Source: an archaeon
GTDB lineage: Archaea; Asgardarchaeota; Heimdallarchaeia; Heimdallarchaeales; JAJRWK01
DNA length: 64,000 bases
Direction: 5' to 3'
Assembly: GCA_024276795.1 (NCBI GenBank)
Contig: JAJRWK010000063.1
Span: 3,800 to 67,799 of the forward strand
Shown in pieces: positions 38,669 through 48,459 of the stretch. The notes beneath the pieces were generated by a model that was not told where the DNA came from, did no database searches, and saw only the letters and a list, made by a program, of their open reading frames with translations. A program made the position numbers and the translations under genes. Numbering within the stretch: the stretch's first letter is position 1; each line of letters starts with the position of its first letter.

Positions 38669-40188
38669 TCCAGTTCAATTGTTGCGGGAGGTTTTTGAGT
38701 AATGTCATAGACAACCCGATTTACACCGCTAATTTCATTGACAATTCGGGATGAGATTCTAATAGCTAATTCTTTTTGTAGGTTATAAATGTCCGCGGTC
38801 ATTCCATCAGTGGATTCGACCAGCCTCACAAGAACCATGTCTTCGTAAGTGCGCTGATCACCCATTACTCCCACAGTTTTTACGGGTAGTAGAGCCGCGT
38901 AGGCTTGCCAGATATCGTAATAGACCTTTGCTTTTCTTAATTCATCTATGAGGATAGAATCTGCTTTTCGAAGAGTTTCAACTCTTGAAGGAGTAACTTC
39001 CCCAACTATTCTTACTGCAAGGCCCGGGCCAGGAAACGGATGTCGGAATAGAACCTCGTATGGGAGACCTAGCTCCAAACCCAATGTTCGAACTTCGTCT
39101 TTGTAAAGATCAGCTAATGGTTCAATTAGGGAAAGTTTCATTTTCTCCGGTAGGCCACCGACGTTGTGATGTGATTTGATGGTGGCGGCGTTCTGACTTG
39201 CCTTAGCACTTTCAATCCGGTCAGGATAAATGGTTCCCTGTGCAAGATACCTAAATTGGCCAAATTTTTGAGCCAAGTGTTTTGCTTCCTGCTCAAAAAC
39301 CTCGATAAAAATACGCCCAATAATTTTGCGTTTTTCCTCGGGATCACGTATTCCTCTAAGCGCATCTAGAAATCTCTCTGAAGCGTCGATCCTAATGAAA
39401 TGTTTTAGACCAATAGTTTTGGCAACAAGAGATACATGCTCGTAGTCATCATTTCGTAACAATCCCGTGTCTATGAAAACACAATAAAGATTGTCGGTGT
39501 ATTTTCGATGCAAGACGGCAGCAGTAACAGAACTATCCACACCACCAGAGAGTCCTAGTAAAATGTTTCCTTCAATGTCAGGCAAGCAGATTCTGTCCAA
39601 GATGGGGGTTTGCGTCTCCTTGGGAGAGAATCCGGCAAGTTTTAAGAAATTGCGTAGCATTACTCGCCCGTTAATTGTATGAGCAACTTCAGGATGAAAT
39701 TGTAGTGAATAAATCTGACATTCGTCATTTGCTATTGCAGAATAAGGATCATTAGTCGAGAACGCGATTGATTCAAACCCTTCTGGCAGTTCTCGCACGA
39801 AGTCTCCATGGCTCATCCAGACCTGTTGGGAACGTTCAAGTCCATGAAATAATGAGTGGTCATTCTCGATTTGAATTTCAGCAATGCCATACTCGCGAGA
39901 TGTGCTTGATTCAACCTTTCCCCCTAACATGTGCACAATGAGTTGGTGACCGTAGCACACTCCCAAAATGGGGATTTTCTTCTTGAAGATGGTCAATGGT
40001 GGCATTATTGCATCTAAGTCATAAACGCTCCTGGGCCCACCTGACAAGATAATTGCTTGAACAGAATCGAGTCGTTCAATCTGAAAGGCTTGAACGGGGA
40101 TTAGTTCTGCGGTAATGCCAAATTCTTGTACACGTCTGAGAATTAGGTGAGAATACTGGGATCCAAAGTCAAGGATCAAAACTTGCAT
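38665..40188 (-). CDS. guaA: GMP synthase (glutamine-hydrolysing), fused GATase plus ATP-pyrophosphatase
   Basis: GATase Cys (GVCYGHQL), PP-loop SGGVDSS and a C-terminal dimerisation domain. 507 aa. Confidence 0.85.
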   Translation of the reverse strand: MQVLILDFGSQYSHLILRRVQEFGITAELIPVQAFQIERLDSVQAIILSGGPRSVYDLDAIMPPLTIFKKKIPILGVCYGHQLIVHMLGGKVESSTSREYGIAEIQIENDHSLFHGLERSQQVWMSHGDFVRELPEGFESIAFSTNDPYSAIANDECQIYSLQFHPEVAHTINGRVMLRNFLKLAGFSPKETQTPILDRICLPDIEGNILLGLSGGVDSSVTAAVLHRKYTDNLYCVFIDTGLLRNDDYEHVSLVAKTIGLKHFIRIDASERFLDALRGIRDPEEKRKIIGRIFIEVFEQEAKHLAQKFGQFRYLAQGTIYPDRIESAKASQNAATIKSHHNVGGLPEKMKLSLIEPLADLYKDEVRTLGLELGLPYEVLFRHPFPGPGLAVRIVGEVTPSRVETLRKADSILIDELRKAKVYYDIWQAYAALLPVKTVGVMGDQRTYEDMVLVRLVESTDGMTADIYNLQKELAIRISSRIVNEISGVNRVVYDITQKPPATIELE

Positions 40189-40421
40189 GTCTATGATCTC
40201 GTTTTCGCATGAGTTGATAACTCTTCCTCATTTCGAAGATAGAATTCCAAAAGAATGAAAAAATGATCTGATCCTTTGTATAAAGATAAGGAAAAATTAA
40301 TTCACTAACAACACGTGTAGTATTCTAAAGCAGATGATGAGAACAAGAGACAATAGAAGAAAGAAGCTCTGGAGCGGATAACAGTTTTTACACTTACAAT
40401 CTATTTGAAGTGGATTCAGCA

Positions 40422-41393
40422 TTAATCATCTGAGGGTTTTGCAGCACGTATTGATAGTGCATGCAGTGATGCGCCAGAAACTTCGAATTTTGTAAAATTC
40501 CCATAAGAAAGAATCCGGTTTATAATGCCTCGAACCTCGGATTCCTTTTGGGCGAAGAACCTAACTTTTCCGCCAAAAAGCCCAAAATCTGGCCAAATTC
40601 TTCGAGCTTCAGATTTTTTGAATTTCTTTTTCGGGGTCATGATGATTTCGTATTTATAGGGTAATTCCATGATCAAGTCATGAGCTTGCATTATTCTAGC
40701 AACGGTCCCGCCTCGATTTAGAATCATGACTCGCTCACATAACCGATCCACAACTTGGCTATCATGGTCTACCATAATCATGGTTTTCCCGTTAAGGTAG
40801 GTGGACAGGAATTCTATGACTTGTTCTTTGCGATTAACGTCTAGAGTGGCTGTTACCTCATCAAGTAATACGAGCGGAGCGTCTTTCATCAGACCAATTG
40901 CTAACCTAGTAAGTGCTTTTTGTCCTTCAGAAAAAGATTCGATTCTATCATTTAATTTATGAGTGAGATTCATTATCTCGATAAACTCGAATGCGGGGTC
41001 TGGGCTGGCCTTTTGAGCCCTAGCAAAGAATTCGAGGGTTTCCCTCAAAGTCAGTTTACGGTGAAAATCAAGACCTGGAGAAACAAAAGAGATCAGTTTT
41101 CGGACTTCCGCTTCTTCGGTTACTAGGTCATAACCCAAGATTGAGCAGTCTCCTTCATCTGGTAAGTATAGGGTTGCCAGAATTTTCATCAGAGTTGTTT
41201 TTCCACTTCCGTTTGGACCCACAAGTGCAATCTTATCATGCATAGGCAAGCTAAACGTAATATTGTCTAAGACACGCTTGGGTTCTGACGCGCCAGGAAT
41301 TTTGAAATCTTTTGCCAGACGACGAGCGGTAACAGCATACATCATAATGGATCGCCCTCTAGTAGAATTCCAATGTGCCCCATTTTCTGGCAA
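40422..41393 (-). CDS. ABC transporter ATP-binding protein
   Basis: Walker A (GPNGSGKTT), signature-like (FSEGQKALTRLA) and Walker B (LVLLDEVT). Confidence 0.7.
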   Translation of the reverse strand: MPENGAHWNSTRGRSIMMYAVTARRLAKDFKIPGASEPKRVLDNITFSLPMHDKIALVGPNGSGKTTLMKILATLYLPDEGDCSILGYDLVTEEAEVRKLISFVSPGLDFHRKLTLRETLEFFARAQKASPDPAFEFIEIMNLTHKLNDRIESFSEGQKALTRLAIGLMKDAPLVLLDEVTATLDVNRKEQVIEFLSTYLNGKTMIMVDHDSQVVDRLCERVMILNRGGTVARIMQAHDLIMELPYKYEIIMTPKKKFKKSEARRIWPDFGLFGGKVRFFAQKESEVRGIINRILSYGNFTKFEVSGASLHALSIRAAKPSDD

Positions 41394-42342
41394 TTCTGGT
41401 CGCCCTATCGACCACGAACCAAGAAAAAGCGAAGAACACGAAAGAAAGCAAGAGCATGAATTGAATCACAAAGTCTCCAAATCCTACCGAATGAATCGGG
41501 ATACCATATACTTCTGGGAACCCCGAGAAACTATGTCCGTCTTTTGAGATTCCCCCAGAGGTTATGCTTGCTGAGCTATTGACTGTAAAGATCCATCGCA
41601 TGAGTTCTATGCTGAAAGTTGCGGGAAACCAAATGAGAATATTCGAGAGCTTAAACCCAAGAGAATTCTGGGTTGCAGAGTCAAAACTGAATATTGGGAC
41701 AATTCCCCCCACAATTACTCGGACGAGATACATTGAGACTTTATTGAATGTTGTTGTTTTCTTAAAGAGTAGGGAAACACTGGCAATTAGGAAAGTAATA
41801 CCAGCAAAGAAAAACCAAGAGATAACAAAGGTTACAAGAATTCCTTCATAGAGTTCTAGGGATGAAGGAAGCATTCCTCTCATCAAGAGGGCAGGTACAA
41901 CAATTAGGATCAGAACCAATGTCCACTTAATAGTTGCCGCAATGTATCTGCCAAAAAGTACTATGGAAGGAGTTACATTATTGGTGATGAGAAACCCCAT
42001 TGTGCCAAGTTGAGATTCTTCTTGGATTGCCGTGACTGTTGTGTCTGTTACTCCATTAAATACTGTGAAGAAGGCAGTACCAACAATGAAGAAACTGATC
42101 ATGTCGTACGGAACGTACTGAACATCTCCTCCGGTGGCACTCCAAGCAGCCCCAAGACCAACAAAGACAATAACATTCAAATAACTCCAGCCAATTTCGA
42201 CTCCCAATTGAAATTTGTAACGAAAATCAATTTTCAAACTTCTCCAAGCTACAAGAAATGCTAACATTGCTTGGGTGAATATTGAATAAGCATAGTTCTG
42301 GATTGTATTAAATGTCGGAAACCTAGACAGGTAAGAAGCCAC
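41359..42342 (-). CDS. ABC-2 type transporter permease
   Basis: Six TM helices. Overlaps the ATPase gene. ABC-2-like topology. Confidence 0.5.
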   Translation of the reverse strand: MASYLSRFPTFNTIQNYAYSIFTQAMLAFLVAWRSLKIDFRYKFQLGVEIGWSYLNVIVFVGLGAAWSATGGDVQYVPYDMISFFIVGTAFFTVFNGVTDTTVTAIQEESQLGTMGFLITNNVTPSIVLFGRYIAATIKWTLVLILIVVPALLMRGMLPSSLELYEGILVTFVISWFFFAGITFLIASVSLLFKKTTTFNKVSMYLVRVIVGGIVPIFSFDSATQNSLGFKLSNILIWFPATFSIELMRWIFTVNSSASITSGGISKDGHSFSGFPEVYGIPIHSVGFGDFVIQFMLLLSFVFFAFSWFVVDRATRIARKWGTLEFY

Positions 42343-42388
42343 TGAGAATACTGTAAATTAATTCATAATTGGGTTTTTTGTTTGTATT

Positions 42389-45043
42389 CTAATGCACATG
42401 TCTTTTTGCCTTGGCGCGTTTTTTTCTTGTAGATTTCTTTGACCTTTGTTTCTTCTTAGAAGGCGATTTTACAAGTTCTGCATATTCTTTTGCTACCTTT
42501 GCCTGGGATTCCATTCCAAGAACAGTGGAAATTCGATAAAGAGCTTCAAACCGATGAACCACAGCGTCAAGGAAAGTAACCAAATCCCCAGTATACGCGG
42601 TGAGATCATAATTCGATTCAAGAAATGATATGACTTTTGAGGGAGTATCCCCTTGGATTCTTCTCTGGATAATGAGCTTTGCAATACTGATTTGACCACA
42701 GTCACAGAATGGTCTTTCTTGATGAGAACATGGATACAATAGATCAATCCATAGCCTAAGTCTGTCCAAAACATAGGGATCCATGTCTTCTTTTCGGTAT
42801 AATGTAAAGTCTCCGCTAAGTAAATCGAGAACACGGTTTGAGAAAAATTTCGTGCTACCTCTTGCTTTAACTATTCGTTCTATCCGACTTTGGATGCGAG
42901 AAGCAAGATGAAGATTTTCGAAAGGTTCTAGTCTTGCAACAATATCAAGGACATCCATGCCTTTTAATTGCTGAACTGTACGATGCACAACAGTTGGGTA
43001 AATGAAACTGGTAGATGTAGCAATTCCAAGGGATGTTGCTTCAAATCCTTTTCCTTTAGCATTAATCAGTTTGATTTCAAGCAACGGTTTTACCAAATCC
43101 TTAGTTCGATTCGTTTGATAATACATCGATTGGTGGAGTTTTCGAAGGGTTCTTGCGGGAACTAGCTGTGTGGATGAGATCATTGCAAGTAATTGATCTT
43201 GCTCGGCCTCAAACGTGATGTTACCTTCGATAGCTTCGATAGGTGCGGTAAGCAATTTTAGCCCTACTTGATCCTCTGTTTCGTCCATTTTGGCATATAG
43301 CTTTGCGCCGGGTTCTAGGAGAAGATAGACTTTCCCTATTTCATGTTTTCCATATCTCCCTGCTCGCCCCATCATTTGGTGGAATTCGGCGACTCTAAGC
43401 CATCGTGCACCCATAGCAGGGCATTCAAAAATAACTTGACTTGAAGAAAAATCAACACCAGCTCCCAGTGCTGCAGTAGTAACGATTGCATCGTATATGC
43501 CTTCTTCGAACCCTTTTTCGATTCTTCTTCTTTTCACATACGGTAAACCAGAGTGATAATAAGTAGCTTTGATGTTGTCTCGACCTAGTTTGGAAGCTAA
43601 TTCTTCACATCCTCTTCTAGTTGGCGAGAAAACAATTGTTTGCCCTTTGAACTTCATTTTTTTTGTTCTTCTAAGTTCATTTCTAATGAGCTTCGAGATG
43701 ATTGGGATTTTGCTCTCTCCTGGCTGTGTAAGAATGACATGTCGTTCTAGAGCCACAGGTCGGTCATGATTCTCAACTAATCTTAGTCCGTAATGATTTG
43801 CGATTTCTTTTGAATTACCAATGGTGGCGGAAAGAGCAATGATTTGAACAGTGGGAAATAAGTGTCTTAGCCTAACGAGAGTCCCATCAAGTTCAATGCC
43901 CCTCTCTTCGTCACCTAATAGTTGAAATTCATCTATGACAACAGTGGCCACGTCTCCTAATTCGTTAGCGCGTTTGCTTCTCAATAGAAAGTCTATCGCT
44001 TCAATAGTTCCGACAATAATGTCACGATCCTCTATGCGTGTATCAGGCATGATTCGGTCTTCGTCTCCGAGATCAAGACGAGTCATTCCAACACGAATCC
44101 CAACTTTCAGCCCAGAGGGTGAATATCTCCGGAGAAAGTAGTCATATTTCTGATTAGTAAGAGCCACTAAGGGGGTCAGAAAGAGCATTTTCCCTTTTCC
44201 AGAAAGAAGGTTGTATAGTCCAGCAATTTCACCAATTAGGGTTTTTCCAGAAGAGGTCCCAGCAATAACAAGCAGATCTTCACCGTCGAGGAGACCAGCG
44301 TTTAATGCTTCTAACTGAATCGGCAGTAATTCGGAAATTCCTTTTCTTATGAATAGCTTCTTTAACTCAGGAGACAACGGAGTCTCATTTAGAGGTTTTG
44401 GTTTGACTGGAGCAGCTTCAATGATGTCATAAAGTGTATGGGACTTGGAAAAACTTTCTTCATGAGTTGGGCTGACTGGCTCTAATGTTTCGAGGGCATC
44501 TTTGAGGGTTCTCGTCTGAAGCAGTTTTTTCCGTGCATAGTCAATGAGCGATTGGGTCTGATGAAATCCCAGATTTGAGATATGAGATTTTATGATTTCC
44601 ATGGCACAATCAGAACATAATATTCTACCGTCAAAGCCGCGAATTACTTCTTTTTCTTGGAGCAGGGTAAGCCTTTGATATTTTTGTAAGCAATCATAGC
44701 AGAGAGGCGCTATTTTGTAAGGGTTAATTTTGAACGCACGCAGATAAGAAAGGAAATCTTGTTTTCTCCAAAGAGAGGAATTCAAAGGTACTAAGATGTA
44801 CTTTGCACCAACTAGTAACTGAGTAAACTCTTCTGCTTTCCAGAACTGACTCATCCTAGTTTTCATCTTGACAAACTTGTATGGTCTGAGACCCCCAGGA
44901 TCGTCAGTGAAAAACGCCTTTCCATGCAAGAAGGGCTTTGATGAAATGTTCTTTTTCAAGATTTTATACCCAAGAACCTCTATGGAAAGCAGGGAGGAAT
45001 CCCAATTTGTGAGAACAACGAGGTAGTTGGGCGGAAAAATCAT
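42389..45043 (-). CDS. Large SF2 helicase (Ski2/Hel308-like core) with N-terminal CxxC zinc ribbons and a basic C-terminal tail
   Basis: Motif I (AGTSSGKT), motif II (DEFQ), motif III (SAT: LSATIGN) and motif VI (QMMGRAGRYG). CYDC...CSDC zinc ribbon near the N-terminus and CDCG near the C-terminus. KR-rich tail. Confidence 0.65.
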   Translation of the reverse strand: MIFPPNYLVVLTNWDSSLLSIEVLGYKILKKNISSKPFLHGKAFFTDDPGGLRPYKFVKMKTRMSQFWKAEEFTQLLVGAKYILVPLNSSLWRKQDFLSYLRAFKINPYKIAPLCYDCLQKYQRLTLLQEKEVIRGFDGRILCSDCAMEIIKSHISNLGFHQTQSLIDYARKKLLQTRTLKDALETLEPVSPTHEESFSKSHTLYDIIEAAPVKPKPLNETPLSPELKKLFIRKGISELLPIQLEALNAGLLDGEDLLVIAGTSSGKTLIGEIAGLYNLLSGKGKMLFLTPLVALTNQKYDYFLRRYSPSGLKVGIRVGMTRLDLGDEDRIMPDTRIEDRDIIVGTIEAIDFLLRSKRANELGDVATVVIDEFQLLGDEERGIELDGTLVRLRHLFPTVQIIALSATIGNSKEIANHYGLRLVENHDRPVALERHVILTQPGESKIPIISKLIRNELRRTKKMKFKGQTIVFSPTRRGCEELASKLGRDNIKATYYHSGLPYVKRRRIEKGFEEGIYDAIVTTAALGAGVDFSSSQVIFECPAMGARWLRVAEFHQMMGRAGRYGKHEIGKVYLLLEPGAKLYAKMDETEDQVGLKLLTAPIEAIEGNITFEAEQDQLLAMISSTQLVPARTLRKLHQSMYYQTNRTKDLVKPLLEIKLINAKGKGFEATSLGIATSTSFIYPTVVHRTVQQLKGMDVLDIVARLEPFENLHLASRIQSRIERIVKARGSTKFFSNRVLDLLSGDFTLYRKEDMDPYVLDRLRLWIDLLYPCSHQERPFCDCGQISIAKLIIQRRIQGDTPSKVISFLESNYDLTAYTGDLVTFLDAVVHRFEALYRISTVLGMESQAKVAKEYAELVKSPSKKKQRSKKSTRKKRAKAKRHVH

Positions 45044-45152
45044 TGACGATGTATTTTTCGTTTGTGGGTTAATAATTTAATAGGTTGGTACTTAATCGAA
45101 ACCTCTTGACAAGTTCTATCTTTACTGGGGAGGGGATGTTGATTCCCGTATA

Positions 45153-46226
45153 CTATTCTGCGGGTACTCCCGTTAGTTTCTGCATCATTTCGAGAAGGTC
45201 TTGACGCTTATCAAAGTATTTGTGAATCGGTTCAAGAAGAGTGTTGATAGCCTCAACTACTCCAGATTTTAGATCGACGGGAGAAAGTTCGCCTTGCGAA
45301 TATGCCTTTTCGAATGCTTCCCATGTTGCGTATGAAACATCTCCCCCATATTTCTCTGGCCTTCTGACGTCAAACCGTTCTAGATTGGGGAATATAACTA
45401 GTTTGACTATTTGAGCGACAGGATTTCCATCGATTTCTTTTGGAGGGCATAATGCTTTCTTGATTTTCTTAGAAACAGTCTTTGGTTTGTCATGAATAAA
45501 GATTGCGGACATTGGCTTAGATTTGCTCATTTTTATCTCTTGCATTTCTTCTGGGGTTAAATCCATTCTCCCCCCAGCGCCTGTTAGCCCCATAAGCAAA
45601 GGGGTATGGATCACGATCGGCTTTTCCCAGCCAAGTTTTGGAAATACTTCTCGAGCTAAAACATGTATTTTTCTTTGATCTGTCCCACCAAGAGCAATCT
45701 GGAGATCCATTTCTCTGATATCAGCAGCCTGCATTGGAGGGTAAAATAACCATGAACTATTGATATCTTGACTTTCTTTTCTCCCCATGATTGGAAGACA
45801 GCGAATTATTCGGGTAAGCGTTGCTTGTTTCGCTACCCGCAAAACTTTTTCCCAATATTCGGCTCTTGAGGCTAGTTCTTTTGAATAAATGTATTCAATG
45901 TTTGCTCCTTCCAAGCCAACCGAACGCATGGCATGTTCGAAGTATTCACCGGCCATTCGAATTGCCTCAATATCGCCACCTAACTTGTCGTTGATGTAGG
46001 AATGCCAATCAGCAAGGAAGACAATAGTATGAATGCCGGCGTCAGCGAAGTCTTTGAGTTTCTTACCTACAATGAAGCCTGTTCCCAAGTGGAGATATCC
46101 GCTGATTTCGAAGCCGGCGTATGCACGAATTTGTTTTTTCTCTTCTAAGATTGTTTTGACTTCGTCAGGTTGAATTACTTCCTCAGTGTTGCGAGTAACA
46201 AGATTGTATCGTTCTTCAACAGACAT
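45153..46226 (-). CDS. tyrS: Tyrosyl-tRNA synthetase (archaeal type)
   Basis: HIGH-class motif (GYLHLGT) and KMSKS. Collinear with M. jannaschii TyrRS (NTEEVI...AYAGFE.SG..HLG....ADWHSY...KMSKS...PEKYGGD). Confidence 0.85.
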   Translation of the reverse strand: MSVEERYNLVTRNTEEVIQPDEVKTILEEKKQIRAYAGFEISGYLHLGTGFIVGKKLKDFADAGIHTIVFLADWHSYINDKLGGDIEAIRMAGEYFEHAMRSVGLEGANIEYIYSKELASRAEYWEKVLRVAKQATLTRIIRCLPIMGRKESQDINSSWLFYPPMQAADIREMDLQIALGGTDQRKIHVLAREVFPKLGWEKPIVIHTPLLMGLTGAGGRMDLTPEEMQEIKMSKSKPMSAIFIHDKPKTVSKKIKKALCPPKEIDGNPVAQIVKLVIFPNLERFDVRRPEKYGGDVSYATWEAFEKAYSQGELSPVDLKSGVVEAINTLLEPIHKYFDKRQDLLEMMQKLTGVPAE

Positions 46227-46363
46227 GCTATGAGGAGTTTCTTACAACAAGATTAAATGTCTTGGCGTTTTGTTTTGCAAAGAAAGGAGGATTTATCGAA
46301 ACACGAAATTTTTAAGGAAGGAATAATGGAGGAGGGGAATCGCTCGCTTCTAGTGGATGGTGA

Positions 46364-47755
46364 TTAGGCTTGATCTAGTGTGAGAAGCCTTACTCGTTCG
46401 GGGCTGCCTCGAATCTCTCCTTTCACGGTGGCAGCAACGACGTCGATGTTTTTCTCTGCTGCAGCTTCTGCAATTCTACGAGTCAAAACACCGTCATACA
46501 CAATTGCGTGAATTCCGTTGTCCAGTTGTTTGATTTTATCGTAGAGCTTTGCTGTGGGTACTTGTTCAATAACGACGTAGTCTTTATCAAGTAGGTATGA
46601 TTGGAATGAACCCTTTAATTTGGGTGCGTATGCTTGAATGGCTGCTTTTAAGGGAGGGTCTAAGGGTGGGAAGCGTGAAGAAGTGGAGGCTCTGTGTGAA
46701 TCATGTCTTCTCCCTGTTCTTTCCGTTCTTCGATGTTTGCGTTCTGGTCTTCGTGTACTTGATTTAGATTTTGTCCGCCTTGTTTCTGTTTTCGCCATTC
46801 TTTCAGAAGGCTTTTCCCGACGAGGCTTTTCTAGCGTCTTCGCCTTGGTAACATATTCTCCAGACCGATGTCCTGTGAGATATTTGGTCTGTTCTAGTGG
46901 GGTCTTATTTGCCAATGCTTCGTGGATTTCCTTTGGTGTCAGATCTTCAACTTCTTTTCCTTTTGGAGCCCGGGCTACAAAATCGGGTCTTGCGACTTGG
47001 AGAAGTTCTTTTAGGATAAATTCGCCGCCTCTGTCCCCGTCAAGGAAAGCAGTTGTCGTTCGTTTCTTGGTAAGTTCTTTTACTGTGTCCGGAATACTTG
47101 TGCCGCCCACTTCGATTGCATTCTTGATACCGGCTCGAAGTAGGTTGATTACATCAGCTCTTCCTTCTACGATGATGATTTCTTTGCTTGTTGGTAAATC
47201 TTCGCCTGCAGCAAGGTTCTCAGGACCGTATTTGATAAGTCCCTCAACCTTCTTTTGCTTTTTCTTTTGACTGGAAGGCGCTTTCTTGGTTTTTTTGGTT
47301 TTTTCCTCGATAAGCGAGGTTACTTCTGGAAACTCGGTTTCCTCTTCTTCCCACCCTTTAACGATTTCTGCTGCACGCTCAATGATTTCTAGACGCTTGG
47401 CTTCTCGAACGTCCTCAATCTTTTCTAGCGTTACTTTTGCATGACATGGACCCACTCGATCCACAGTTTCAACTGTTGCTGCAATTATAGCAGTTCGAAC
47501 CTTATCGAGGTTTGTAGGGAGTTCAATGACTCCTGTTGTTTTTCCCCCTTCGCTTTTGGGCTTAACTTCAATCCTACCTAATTGGCCGTTCTTTTGAAGA
47601 TCACGCAGATTGAGATCTGGTGGCAACAAACCATCGGTTTGACCGAAGATAGCACCGATAATGTCGGGGCGTTCTACAACACCATCCACTTCGAAGCGAG
47701 CAATGATTTTGTATTTGATGGTGTTTTCATCCATTTTTACGCCCATTACGTTCAC
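46364..47755 (-). CDS. dnaG: Archaeal DnaG-type primase (TOPRIM; exosome-associated)
   Basis: N-terminus KIIARFEVDGVVERPDIIGAIFGQTDGLL is typical of archaeal DnaG. TOPRIM block EIIIVEGRADVINL ... FLDGDRGGE. It carries a basic low-complexity insert (RRTKSKSSTRRPERKHRRTERTGRR). Confidence 0.8.
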   Translation of the reverse strand: MNVMGVKMDENTIKYKIIARFEVDGVVERPDIIGAIFGQTDGLLPPDLNLRDLQKNGQLGRIEVKPKSEGGKTTGVIELPTNLDKVRTAIIAATVETVDRVGPCHAKVTLEKIEDVREAKRLEIIERAAEIVKGWEEEETEFPEVTSLIEEKTKKTKKAPSSQKKKQKKVEGLIKYGPENLAAGEDLPTSKEIIIVEGRADVINLLRAGIKNAIEVGGTSIPDTVKELTKKRTTTAFLDGDRGGEFILKELLQVARPDFVARAPKGKEVEDLTPKEIHEALANKTPLEQTKYLTGHRSGEYVTKAKTLEKPRREKPSERMAKTETRRTKSKSSTRRPERKHRRTERTGRRHDSHRASTSSRFPPLDPPLKAAIQAYAPKLKGSFQSYLLDKDYVVIEQVPTAKLYDKIKQLDNGIHAIVYDGVLTRRIAEAAAEKNIDVVAATVKGEIRGSPERVRLLTLDQA

Positions 47756-48097
47756 CTGTCATTGTTGTTTTTGTTTCAGTGATTTGTTTTAACGCATTGT
47801 ATAGCAGTAATGTGTTAATCAGCTAGGGGTCTTACTTATTGGAGAAAAACCCCAATCGATTCTCAGATTGACAGCAATATTCCACAAACAATTGGCATCG
47901 TCGCTTAGGTTTGTGTTCGATATACGATAGGGAGAACCTATTCTTTGCAAGGACGATCGCATCGACGACACCTAATTGTTCGCGTGGAAAGTTCCGCCAG
48001 CTTGAATCAAATAATAAGCTGTCAAGTACTTTTTGACTGGATCTGTTTTATAATGTTATCTCTAAGACATTTTTCAAGCCAAAATTGTCTCAATAAG

Positions 48098-48442
48098 TCA
48101 ATCAGGGACTACTTCCTCGATTTCGTGTTCCTCTATAATTATCAAAGCTACGCTCTCTATAGTGGCGATCGCTTGCTCAACATATTCGTCAATGTCCGCA
48201 GCTCTGTCTTGCCACGTAATTCTGAAAAAAAAGAGTAGCTCTACTGATCCTTGTAGCTCATCGTAAAAATTCAATTCTAGTCTTGGCTTACGAAAACTTC
48301 CTCTGGAAAGTTCCTCCTCGGCAGTCCAGATTCTAACATTAAGCTCATCTTCGTCGATATAGTCTATGTCGCTTCTGACGTAACCCCGCAAAACCATGTG
48401 AACTTTATAGTATCCCGAGAACATGACTAGCTTCCCATGCAT
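48098..48442 (-). CDS. Hypothetical acidic protein
   Basis: 114-aa ORF. No motif recognised. Confidence 0.25.
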   Translation of the reverse strand: MHGKLVMFSGYYKVHMVLRGYVRSDIDYIDEDELNVRIWTAEEELSRGSFRKPRLELNFYDELQGSVELLFFFRITWQDRAADIDEYVEQAIATIESVALIIIEEHEIEEVVPD

Positions 48443-48459
48443 TATGGAGATTTTCTGAA

